Shown here piece by piece: positions 1 through 12,200 of a stretch of DNA of 64,000 bases. The stretch's first letter is position 1, and every line of letters starts with the position of its first letter. The position numbers and the translations under genes were made by a program. Under the pieces are notes generated by a model that was given only the letters and a program-made list of their open reading frames with translations, did not search any database and was not told the DNA's origin. Source of the DNA: Callorhinchus milii (Eukaryota); contig NW_024704742.1 in assembly GCF_018977255.1 (NCBI RefSeq), positions 12,278,001 to 12,342,000 on the forward strand, in the 5' to 3' direction.

Positions 1-48
1 TAAAGGTGTTTTCAACTCTCAAGACCACATTGGCATTTTCTGTTCCAG

Positions 49-254
49 TGCATCAACTTGGATAGGTTTGAAGCTGCCCCAACTGAAGCAGATCTGGTCA
101 ACATATCATTTATGCTCTTAGAGAAGAAGAAGTTCTGGGCTGGGATTGTATTCCAGGGGATGGACTCTGAGAAAGATAAGGTACCACCTCACGTTCTCTA
201 CAAGATCAGAATGGATATCGACGACGTTGAAAATACAGAAGAACTGGAAGAGAG
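49..254 (+). CDS. ABCA1-like: ABCA exon A (206 bp) CINLDRFE...NTEELEE
   Basis: ttttctgttccag acceptor, ag|gttggt donor; FWAGIVF and YKIRMDID motifs. Confidence 0.93.
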
Positions 255-3200
255 GTTGGTCATGGGAGATTTTGTTTTGGATGTGGTTAAAGAAAAGTGG
301 AGCACTTAAAAATGGGAAGGTAAATGCATTGTAAGTAATGAGCAAGTCCTGGAAACTGCCCCCAATCAATTCAATAAAGGGAAAGCTGCAGTGTTGTGTA
401 ATAAAATACATTCAATAGCTTCTCATATTCTCATATTATATAGATTATTCTCTGCTTGTGGGCAAATTTGAGCTTTAGTCGTGTGACCTTAAAATGGGGA
501 AAAACATATGCTCACAGTGTTGGATTGTAAATTTACACAGAGAGAAAATACAACAGCTATAAATTATCATGTAAATGAAAGAAAGAAAAATCACCTTCTC
601 TCACCCAGTGTTGGTTGGGTAGCAATAAGCTATAACAGAGTTTTGAACTAGTTTTCTGTTTTATTGTGGCACTGAGAAGATAATATATGAAACTAAATCA
701 CACTATTAACTGTATGCACTTTGTATAGACTACACTGGGACGTCCTCCTGATGTGAAAGGCGCTCTATAAATGTAATTTTGTTGTTGTTGTATTGTATAG
801 GGAATCTGGCATTCTGCTCAGCATTGGCATTCTGCAATGCTGAGCAAGAGAAATGTGAGCTTGTTAAAGTCAGCAGTAAAGTTTCCTTTAATCATGCCTT
901 TTTCTCACTTTCGAAGTGCCTTAACGATTCCCATTAATACCTAAAATATCACTAAAATCACTAATCCAAGCTAATTTTTTCTTCATATTTTACAGTACAG
1001 GTTAATGTTGGTTTACTCCAGAACCACATGCACTAAAAGGAATGTTGACTTTGCAAATTATGTTTTTTTTTAAAAATCTGCCCTTAGGGAGAATTATCAA
1101 CTTAGTATGCAAAGAAATGAAATTAGCATTGATTAAACAAATTATAGTACAATGATGGGAGCGTTCAGTGAGCATTTTTCATGGCCAATATTAATTCCCA
1201 CTGCTCCTGTGTTGAAAAGAAAATAATACACACAACTGGAGGGTGCAGAGGATGACCCTTGACAATACAGTGATCAAATTAATTGCTTTAAAGGAAAGTT
1301 TGTGAGGTGCAGGATATGTTGATTCTGCTACCATCTTATTCTGACATTATATAAATTGGTGTACAAATATAAATAAAATAACTAAATAATCTTTGCATTG
1401 ATATAGTGCTTTTCACTTCTTCTCGACGTCTCAAAGAGCTTCACAGAATAGACTGTAAAGTGAATTGACCGTATATTTGTGGGCGAAGCGCAGCAGCCAA
1501 TTGCGCATAGCAGTGTCCCAAACAGTCGTGGATTGAAAATGACCAATTTATTATTGTTTTGTTTTTTGGAGGCATTATTATTAGGTGCGTGGAGTGAGGA
1601 AACTTGCCTAAGGTTTCGCCCTGTCTGCCTTGAATTGAACCCAGGTGTCTCGCTTGCAAGGCGAGTGCTCTAACCACTGAGCCACAGGACTCCGATTTGG
1701 GAATCGGAGGGAAATAATAAACCTTAATAATAATAAACCTTGCATTTGATATAGCGCTTTTCACATCGGGAGGACGTCCCAGGCGCTGTACAGTTGGGTC
1801 AGGACCCGAGCAAGGGGGAGGAAAGGTAGAGTTGGGTGTCATCCGCATATATGTGGAAGTTAACCCCATGTCTGCGGATGATGTCACCAAGGGGGAGCAT
1901 ATAGAGGGTGAAGAGGAGGGGACCGAGGACAGAGCCTTGAGGGACACCGCACGAGACAGTGCGGGGGCCGGAGGAAAAACCATTTGTGGAGACAAAGTGA
2001 AGACGGTGGGAGAGGTATGACCTAAACCACTCAAGGACAGGGCCTTGAAGGTTTAGGTGGGAGGACAAGCGGTGGAGGAGGATAGCATGGTCGACCGTAT
2101 CGAATGCTGCCGATAGGTCGAGGAGGATGAGGAGGCAGAGGGAGCCCTGGTCACAGATGGTCAGGATGTCATTGGTGACCTTGACCAGGGCAGTTTGTGT
2201 GCTATGGGCAGCACGGAAACCCGATTGAAGGGGTTCGAATAGTGAATGGTTGGAGAGGAAAGAGCGCAGCTGGGAGGCGACAACTCGTTCCAGGACCTTG
2301 GATAGGAAGGGGAGGTTGGAGATGGGCCGGTAGCTTGATAGCTGCGACGCATCAAGGGAGGGTTTTTTTAAGGTGGGAGTGATGGTGGCAGTTTTTAAGG
2401 GAATGGGAATAGAGCCAGAGGAGAGGGACAGGTTGACAATGTCTGTGATATGTGGGGCAAGGAGGTGGATCTGGGAGATAAGGAGTGGAGTGGGGATGGG
2501 GTCAAGGGAGCAGGTGGTAGGTTTCAGGGAGAGGATGAGTTTGGTGACAGAGGATGGGGAAACGGGTACGAAGGTGTGTAGGGGAGGATGGGTAGGAGTC
2601 GGAGTGTGGAAGGGAAGGGGTGGGTGGTGGGTGGATGTTGGAGGGGAAGTGACAGCGGAGACGATTCCCTTGATCTTGGATTCAAGGAAATCCAGCATCT
2701 CCTCGCAGTGAAGGTTGGAGGAGATGACCTGCGCGGGGTGGCGGGGGGGACGGAGGAGTTGGGATGTGGTAGAAAACAGTAGCCTGGGGTTGTTTAAAGT
2801 CATGAGAGCTTTAAAGCCCAGCTGAACAGACGGACCTCGGTTTAGCATCTCATCTGAAGCATGGCATCTCCAACAATGCAAAATCCCCCAGCACTGCACC
2901 AGAATGTTAACATATGCTTCATGAGGTCCAAGTCCGACATGGGGTTCCAACCCAAAACCTACTGATTTAGGGATGAGAGTGCTACCAACTGAGCCAAGCT
3001 GACACCTAAATGGGGAATGGTTGAAATATGATTTCTATCACTGATATTTGTTTACAAAGAGACCATAAATTACTTTAGAAGAGAATTAAATGATTTAAAA
3101 GGAGGAATATTAAAGGATGAGAAATTTGAGTCACTAGAGTGGAAATAAACTTGATGGCTCACATAAAGAAAAATACCAATCTAGACGTGATGTGCCAAAT

Positions 3201-6200
3201 GTCTGTGCTGTTGCATTGTATTATTCTCATTAGCTTATTGAAAGTGAATAGTTGGAATGGTGATGGTTTACTTGTGAATTCAATAACAATTGTTTAAATT
3301 GTTGATTCAGTACAGACATGGCTGTCATTCTTCCCCGTATGAGTGAAGAGCATCAGAATGTTCTTGTTGCTCCTTATCACTGTAATGCAGGAGTCGAGTC
3401 CTTTCTTGCCAAGGTCCAGGGATGTTCAATCAATCGTTGTCCCTTTCAACAAGTTGAGCCACTTCAGCAACTGATGATGGGGACATCAAGAGAGAGGGGA
3501 GAGACTGCACTGAGAACATGTTAATAAGAGGCACACATCACATTTTTGTTACTTCCTGTGGTTGATTTTATCAATAACAACAACAAATTACATTTGTATT
3601 GCACCTTTCACATCAGGAGGACGTCTCAAGGCGCTGGACAGTCAGGGATCTGCATCCGAGCTGGTGGTTAGGATCAAGAGGGGTGGAGGGAGGGTAGGGG
3701 TAGGAGGGTGAACAAAGGCAAGGTCGAAGAGAAAAGTCTTGAGACGGGGCTTCAAGGAGGCAAGGGAGGGGGCAAGTGTGTATAATGATAGATTCAAATA
3801 AATTGATCTAGCTCAACCCTCAGGTATCTTTTCTTTGTTGCATTTGTTTTCTGCCTGAGTCTGCTTTACTTTTCACCTTCACCACATCGCTCGCCTATTC
3901 TCTTATCTAAAATGCTTCCCCAAAAACAATCATTTAAAACTGTAGCCTCAAGGTGACCATAAGATCATAAGACGTAGTAGCAGGAGTAGGCCATTCGGCC
4001 CCTCAAGCCTGCCCCGCCACTTAATAAGATCATGGCTGATCTTCTAACCTAATTCCATTTACCCGCCCTATCCCCATATCCCTTAATCCCTCTATCCTTT
4101 AGAAATCTATCAACCTCAGTCTTGAATATGTTCAAGGACTGAGCATCCACAACCTTCTGGCGTAGAGAATTCCACAAATTCACTACCCTCTGAGTAAAGA
4201 AATGTTTCCACAACTCAGTTCGAAAAGACTGACACTTAATCTTCAGAATATGACTCCTAGTTTTAGATTCTAAGGTGACGATGCAGTAAACAGCAATGTA
4301 ATGAAAGACCAAGGTTGATCTCCATTCTTGTTGTATGTAAATGAGGAATATTGGACCAGGAGAGTTTGCTGCTCTTTTTCAGATCGATGATCCACCTAAA
4401 CCATCATAACAGACAGTTTTTGATTTAATGCCTTGTCTGAAGGACAGGATTTCTAATATTGCAGTATTTCTCTGTGTTGCTGAGCAGTGTCAACCGAGAT
4501 GATGATTTCAAGTCCTTGTGAGACTCAAAATCATAATCCACTGATTTAGAGGTTAGAATGCTATCAGCGGTACCAAACCAGCACTGATAAAATCACAACT
4601 TGTACTTCTATAGTGCATTTTCACATAAGATGAATATCTTGAAGCTCTTCAGAGATTATAGGGGGCACCAAGCACTGAGGAGAGAAATGTAATTTAGGAT
4701 TGTTGAGCAAAGCCAAGGAAATCGTTTTTGTACAGGGCTTGTATTGTAAGGAGAGAAGCAGCAACGTGAAGGGATATTGGGAGAGAGTTCCAATGTGGGG
4801 CTCATTGGTTAGAGGCTCAGCCACCAATGGTGAAACAGGAACAAAAGGCAAGAGTGAGGAACAAAACAGGAACGAACAGTGAACCAGAGTCAGAAGTACT
4901 GGGAAACGAATGTTAGAATTGAGCTGGAAAACTTGGCTGAGGCAGGAAGGGGCAAGACTGAGTGATTTGAAGGTTGATGAGGATCATTAAATTAATTCAT
5001 TAAACCCATTGGAGTCCTGTAGCTCAGTGTTTAGAGCACAAGTTTCCTTACTCCACACTCCTCTGTTTACCTAGCAGTAAGTAGGAACTTGGTTGTTAGT
5101 CGATTGGCGGATCACTTTTCCGGGGGGTAATAATCTCTTCAAAAAAATAATAATAATAAATTGGTCACTTAATCTATGACTGTTTGTGGGACAATGCTGT
5201 GTGTAATTTAGCTGCCGTGTTTTGCCCACAAAATATACAGTCAATTGACTTTACAGTATATTCTGTGAAGCACTTTGAGACATCTCAAGGACATGATAAG
5301 GCGCTATATCAAATACAAGGATTATAGTATTATTACTGGGAGTACTGGGAGTCATTTGAGCCTGGTTCGAAGTGGGGTAGTGGATCATAGTGCCTAATCT
5401 GGGATAGAATAAGGGTTTCAGATTTGTAGATAAGTTGAAGCTTATGTAAAGTGGAGTTAGAGAGGTCAATGAGGAGAGAATTGGAAAAATTGAATCTCAA
5501 GATGACAGACATGTATGGAGGTATCAGTTCAAGAAGGTATCAGTTCAAGATCGGGGAGAAGGTTGAAAATGTTCTGGAGACAGAAGAAAGCAGTTTTGGT
5601 CAAGGATTGAATGTAGGATTTGCAGCAGAGCTCAGCATCACATAAGTCACAGGTTTAGCACTAGTGCAGTTGGTCAGAGCGAGATTGTTGTAGCCAAAAG
5701 CAAAAGGAAGAAGGTACTGTTTGCAGGCTGAGCAAGGTAGCTTCAGTTTTGTTGATATTCAGCTGCAGGAAGTTAAAACTCATCTAGGAAAGCAAGTCCT
5801 GGAATTGAGGTCGGAAGTAAAGAGATGAGCTGTGTCTCATTGGCACGCATATGGAAACTAACTGCTTTAGATGATGATCATTACAATTATTTTTGATCCA
5901 CAAAATAAAACCTGATTTTTTTTTCAGGGTCTATTTGTGATATGAAACGGGAGAATTTTTTTCTTTTGCAGGGGCGAATATGCACACAGAAGCGTCTGGA
6001 TAAATTTGGTGATTTTCTGGGTAAAATCTGTCTTTACCTCTCACTCCCTCTATCTCTCTCTTGAGTCTCTTTCACTCTGTCTCCCTAATTTTCTGTCTCT
6101 TTCTATGGCTTTCTCTATCTTAACTACACTGAACAAAACTAAGCCTTAACTTCTCGTGTCTTTAAAAGATCCCGTTGTACTTGTACATGAAATTCATTGA

Positions 6201-9200
6201 ATCATAGAATCACAGCACAGAAGGAGGCCATTCGTCCCATTGTGTCTGTGCCAGCTCTTTGAAAAGAGATTTTCCTATTCAATCCCACTCCCATAGTCCT
6301 GCAAACTTGTCCTCCCCAAATAATTGTCTAATTACACACATATGCAGGACATTTAAATAAACACTTAAGTTTTCCCCTTGTAATCTTATGCATGTGGACA
6401 AAACTGAATTCACAAGTTTGTGCATGCACATTCCAGGAACATGATGCACATAGCATTATCCCTGACATCAAAAATATTTTTTTTTGCATTCAAATCGGGA
6501 AGAAAATCTTTTTTTACCAATTGACTGTCCTCCCCAGAAAGTAGTTTTTTTGGGGGGGTGAAAATCGTACATAAAAATTATCCTATAAATTAATTATCCT
6601 GGCAGACTGATTTTTAAAAAATAGAACACCAACAAACTGTTTTAGAATGAAGAGCCATCTTTCTACCATCGCAACTGTAATTCATTGTTTATTATTCTGT
6701 TTATCGGAGTCACATTCTAGTATTGTATCAGATTTCTCAAGACCAAATATTTTATATCTTTACTTCAACCTTCAGTTTACCTTCACCAATAGCTCCATCT
6801 GCTGGATACTTTTACAATTCAAGTTTATATTTATAAAACGTCTTTCACATCGAGAGGATGTCCCAAGGAGCTGAACAATCTAGGATTTGTACCCGAGCTG
6901 GGGGTTGGATTCAGGATGATTGGGAAGGCCAGTGAATCCACCAGGATAGGCTTCAATCCTTTACTACACAATATACAGTCAATTCACTTTACAGTATATT
7001 CTATGAAGCACTTTGAGAAGTCTAAAAGACATAAGGCGCTATATCAAATGCAAGGATTATTGTAAACTGTTTTGTAATTGTTATAGTCACTGAAGCTCTT
7101 GATATTATGGAAATATCAGCTTGTTTTGGATACACTTAAGTATAGTTATGGGTTTTCACGTGTCAGCTGACCAAAAAAATTATATTATATCCAGAATCAC
7201 TTTACTTCCAAAAGGGTGACTGTGTTCAGCAATCATTTAGATGCGCAAATCCTTTTGCATTAGCAAGTACTGTGATCTATTTTGCTGTACATTTCTTTGG
7301 ACTTTATCCAAATAGCCAGCTTGTGGTATTGTTTCTCATGGTTTTGAATCACTATGCTTAGATGTTGTCAACAAATGCCTTTCTGTTGCTTACTAATCTT
7401 AATACAATTTTTTTTAATGTGTACAATATTGTTTAGTGGTCAGTTACTTTACAAAAAAAACTTAGATTATTTTTATTCAGTTTGGCAGTGATTCATTCAT
7501 TGTTTTGTAATCAGAGAAATATTTTTTGTTTCAAATTACCAGTAAAAATTACTATTTTTGATCTTTTTTAAAATTGTTTTGATAGAATATTAAATGCTCT
7601 TCTTTTCATTACAAGTCCTTGGTATCCAGGAGCACGAGACAATTCCTACAACGAAATGCCTTACATCTTAGGCGGTTTTGCATATATTCAGGACATGATT
7701 GACCATGGAATTATGAAAACACAATTAAATATTAGCCAACCTCTCGGAGTCTATGTGCAACAGATGCCTTATCCTTGTTATGTGGATGATGGGTAAGTAC
7801 AAAACTCCTTATTAATTATTATGATTTTCATGAAGAAAAACGTCCAAAATGTGTGGATTGGGGGAAGAAAACTATTTGCATTTTTACGCTTCACAGAAAA
7901 TGGTACAATGCGTTACGCTGTTTCTAGGCAAGTATCAGCCAGTGTGTCAAAAGGTTGTGGGTTTAAGCCCCATGTCAAGACTTGGAACCCGTATAGACTT
8001 CACTAACGCACTCTACTGCAGTGATGGGGTGTGCTGCATTATTCAGAGTGTCATTCAATGAGACATTAAACTGAGGTTCTGTCTACTTGTTCAAATGGAC
8101 GTTGAAGATCCCATGGCACTATTCAAAAAGAGAAGGAAGTTTCTCCCAGTGTGCTGATCAGCAATCCTCCAAAGAAAATTGCCCATTCTCTTCATGTTTA
8201 TTTGTGGGACACTGCTTGTAAATTTGCTACCACACTCACCCATAAAACACTACACTTTGCAGTATATCTTGTAAAGAGCTTTGAGACATCCTTCTGACAG
8301 GGTGATTATTGTGGGATTACTGTTATCCTCCTGGAAAGGTGAGGAGAAAAGTAAGCAGGGTCTCCTTCGGTCAAGGTTGTATTTTGTTAATTGCATTATA
8401 AATTTTTTGAAACAAGATTGTATTGGTTTAGTTTTGTGTAAGATAACAAATAGGATTTGTTTATCTGTACTCCTTTTGTGTATGCTGTACTGCTGATTTG
8501 AATGATTACACAGGATCACAAAAAAATAATAACATCTCAAAAAATTATATCCACACGGCTCTGTTTACCAAGCAGTAAGTAGGAACCCACTTGTTAGTCA
8601 ATTGGTGGATCTCTTTCTGGGGTAATAATCCCTCCAAAAAAAGTAATAATTTGGTCACTTAATCGACGAATCTTTGTAGGATACTGCTGTGTGCAATTGG
8701 TTGCCATGTTTCGCCCACAAAGTATACAGTCAATTCACATTACAGTATATTCTGTGAAGCGCTTTGAAACGTCTCAATGACATGATAAGGTGCTATATCA
8801 AATTCAAGGATTATGTTTATTATGATTATTAGGATTATTATTAAGAAAACAGGACCCAATTAGTCCATGCCAGTGTTTATCCAACACATGAGTCTTCATT
8901 CCTCCTAATTTCCATACCCCTTTCCCTCAAGTATTTTACAGAGACCTGCCTAGTAAAAAAATTGCAAGATGATTTAACAGTGATTGTCTTAATTGATATA
9001 ATCACCAATAAATTATGCAATCACAACTTGCTGTACAGTTACATCAAATATTTTGCAAATCACTGAAAAATGTAAGCATAATTGCAGAAAATTCTATCAA
9101 TCAAAGCCACAGTTTGGTAATAGAAATTGTTTATGCCATTTAGAGCATAATTTGACTGTGGAAAGAGTATCAGTTTTGTGCCAATATTTATGAATTGAGA

Positions 9201-12200
9201 ATCTGTTTCCCTAACTGACATGTTAAACATTTTACCTGGAGCAGAATGTACTTTCCCGGAGTCATTTCTGTTATTAGTCAACTGGCTCATCATGGTATCT
9301 TTTGAAAATATACTGTGCCATTGTTATAAAGTAAATATGTTACTTGTAGAAATAATTTCTAATTGATTACAATTTAGACAACCAAATTCAGCTCATTTCA
9401 CGTTTTCTCTCTCAGCTGTAAATTTATCTATTTTTGTTTCATTTTCTCCCTGGACTTTGGGAGACTTTCCTTCAAATGTCGGTGAAACACCATTTGTGGA
9501 ATAAGGTGACGAGGACAATGAGGATTTGTGGCTCATCTGATTTGTATCTTATAATGTGCGTATCCTCAATTAAAACGCCGACACAACCTTCTAAGTACTA
9601 GAGTGCTTTGACTTGATTAGATACTTGAATTTCCATGCACATATTTTCTGGTTAGATCTGCTTGTGTAGCTGATTAAGTTTGAGAATGTTCCAAAATATT
9701 TTGGTCACAAAGCATCATGCCCTTGCTGATACATTTCTGCAATTTCTTACTTTCACGAATATTGAAAGAGTCATAAGGGCTAGAGATTGGTTATACGTTA
9801 AGGGTTAAATGAACTTTAAACTAAATAGATCACATACAGTCCTGTAGTCGGTCGCATACTAATCCCGAATATAGTTCGATAAATCATAAGTTTGAATCGC
9901 ATAATATCAAAGATTTTAACTGAAAGAAAACGCATTATGCATGGATGCGTGCAAGTGCAAAACTATACTATAGTATAGTGACTTGAGGTTTGCTCTACCC
10001 GTGTGTCCATAGCCCAATCAGTGGGAGTAGGGTCAGGTTTTCCCTCGTTGTGCGAGGCCATCACTTGCCGGTCGAGTTCGTGGGTTTGCTGCAGAGATCC
10101 CAAGTCGATTGCCCGTCGCTCTGTTGTGCGCTGTTAACTATTTCCGCACAGTCCAACTGCAGTACCAGTGGGGATGATATGGTGGCGTGGCGCGTGGCAT
10201 GCTTGGCAGTTCGATCCGCAGCCGAATTTCGAGAGCCTGTGGGTCAGACGACTTGGAATGTCCTTTCACTTTACCCAAGTGCAGAGATGTCTGTCGATTG
10301 GACAGGAGTCGCCATATGCTGCGCAACAGCTGATGGTGGACTAGCGGCTTGTCATCATTTGATTTAAAGTCGTTGGCCGCGTACAGGGGGAGCAACGTGA
10401 CCGTGTTGACAACATAAGCACTATCCAACCAGATGTTCGCAGCCATTTCAGCGGTGTTTGTGACAGCCTCGTGGAGAGCGGCAAGCTCAGCATATTGGGC
10501 TGAGTGGCATGTACAGTTAAACAGGAGTTCCTTGTCCTCCCCTATCAGGACTGCGAACCCTGTATGTGTTGTGCCTTTGTCGTGGAAGGATGAGCCATCG
10601 ATATGAACGTCTACTGCTCCTTCCACCGGCCGAGGACTTAGTGCTGTGTGTGTAACTTGAGTTCTGGGAAGGGGGCACTTGTGAGGTTCACCACCGAAGT
10701 TTAACATGTGAAGCAACAGCGTAGAATGATGGGTGACTATATCAAGGTCTCGCACCATTAACAACAAAGTTTAATGATTCAGTTGCTGTGAGGAAATGTG
10801 AGAGTTCCCTGGATTCAAAAGTAGGCTGAGAGGAGTGTGTGGAGAATGGAGTACCAGATGCTGTAGACCCATAATAAAGGTGAAGTGCTTTACTGCTCAC
10901 TATGTTGCAAGTAGGTGTCATTCGCAGGAATCAAACCCCTTTTCTACTCCAGTTAATATGCGAGAGGTGAAAGCAATGGGGGTCAAGTGGCCATGGCACA
11001 TTTGGCAAATTACGGCCGAGAGATTCCCCTGGGATGGAGCCACCTCCAGGTGGAATGGAGAAGTGAGGTCGGGTGAAATGAGGCATATAGCCTGGAAGGC
11101 TCCCTGCTTCAGTGCTTCCATTGCCACTGTACGTGTTTCAGTCCATTACTGGAGCAAGGAGTCGTTGTCCCCTTTAAGGAGTTTGTACAAAGATTTTGCC
11201 AGCTCAGCAAGAGATGGTATAAAGGATCGTAGGGTGGTTTTGGAGGTGGGTGAGGGCAATCGTTGTAGGATCTCCACCTTGTGTTCATCTGGTGTTTGCC
11301 CTGTTTCAGATAGTTGGACGTCCAGGAAGGTTGCATCAATCAAGCCTTTTTAGAGTTAATTTTTAACCCTGCTGCTTGTAGTCACTGGATTACGTCAGCC
11401 AGTATTTCCAGATGCTGCTGCTCGTCTGCCTTAGCAATCAGTACATCATCCACGTACTGGAACATGTATTCCGAGTGCACGCAGCCCTTGGGGATTGCTG
11501 CCATCCATTTATGAAAGATGGTGGGGGCATTGTGAAACCCCTGGGGAACACAAGTCCATGTATACTGTTGATTGTCGAAGGTGAAGGCGAACTTGTATTG
11601 ATTGTCAGCCGCTACTGGAACACTCCAAAACTTATTGGAAATATGTTGGGTCGAAAACACTTGGGCAGTCCACGGCAGATTGATTAATAATATGGGAGAG
11701 TCGCTAACCACTGGTGCGCAGGAAGGGGTGACCCTGTTAAGGTACCAGTAATCAATCATGACACACCAGCTCCCATCAGGTTTACAGACTGGCCATACTG
11801 GAGAATTTATGGTAAAAGTGCCTTTGTGAATAGTTCAACAGTTACTCGATCGTAGCCGCAACATATGGGAGGCTTTCTCAAGGTATTGGGTACTGTCAAC
11901 ACTGTTGGTGGGGAAGACCATTTATCGTTTCTGGCGTGTCCATTCTCCCACAATCTTATTTGTGCTTTGCCAAGATGTCTGGATGATTGCGGAAGAGTGT
12001 GGCAACGCGTTTGTTAGAAAAGGTAATGGGGGGGAATTGCTTAAATTTTTTTATGGCATCAACAGCAAAACAGTCAGCAATCGCGGTAGGACAATCCATT
12101 ATCCCATTTCCGGAGGGGTCCCCAATCCATAAGCGTTGATTAGCGTAATCAACGGTTATGGAGTACGTGAGGAGTATGTCAGACATGAGGATACCCCGCT

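Noticed and set aside
3310..3524. GC-balanced, coding-looking stretch
   Set aside because: No recognisable motif in any frame and no consistent splice sites.
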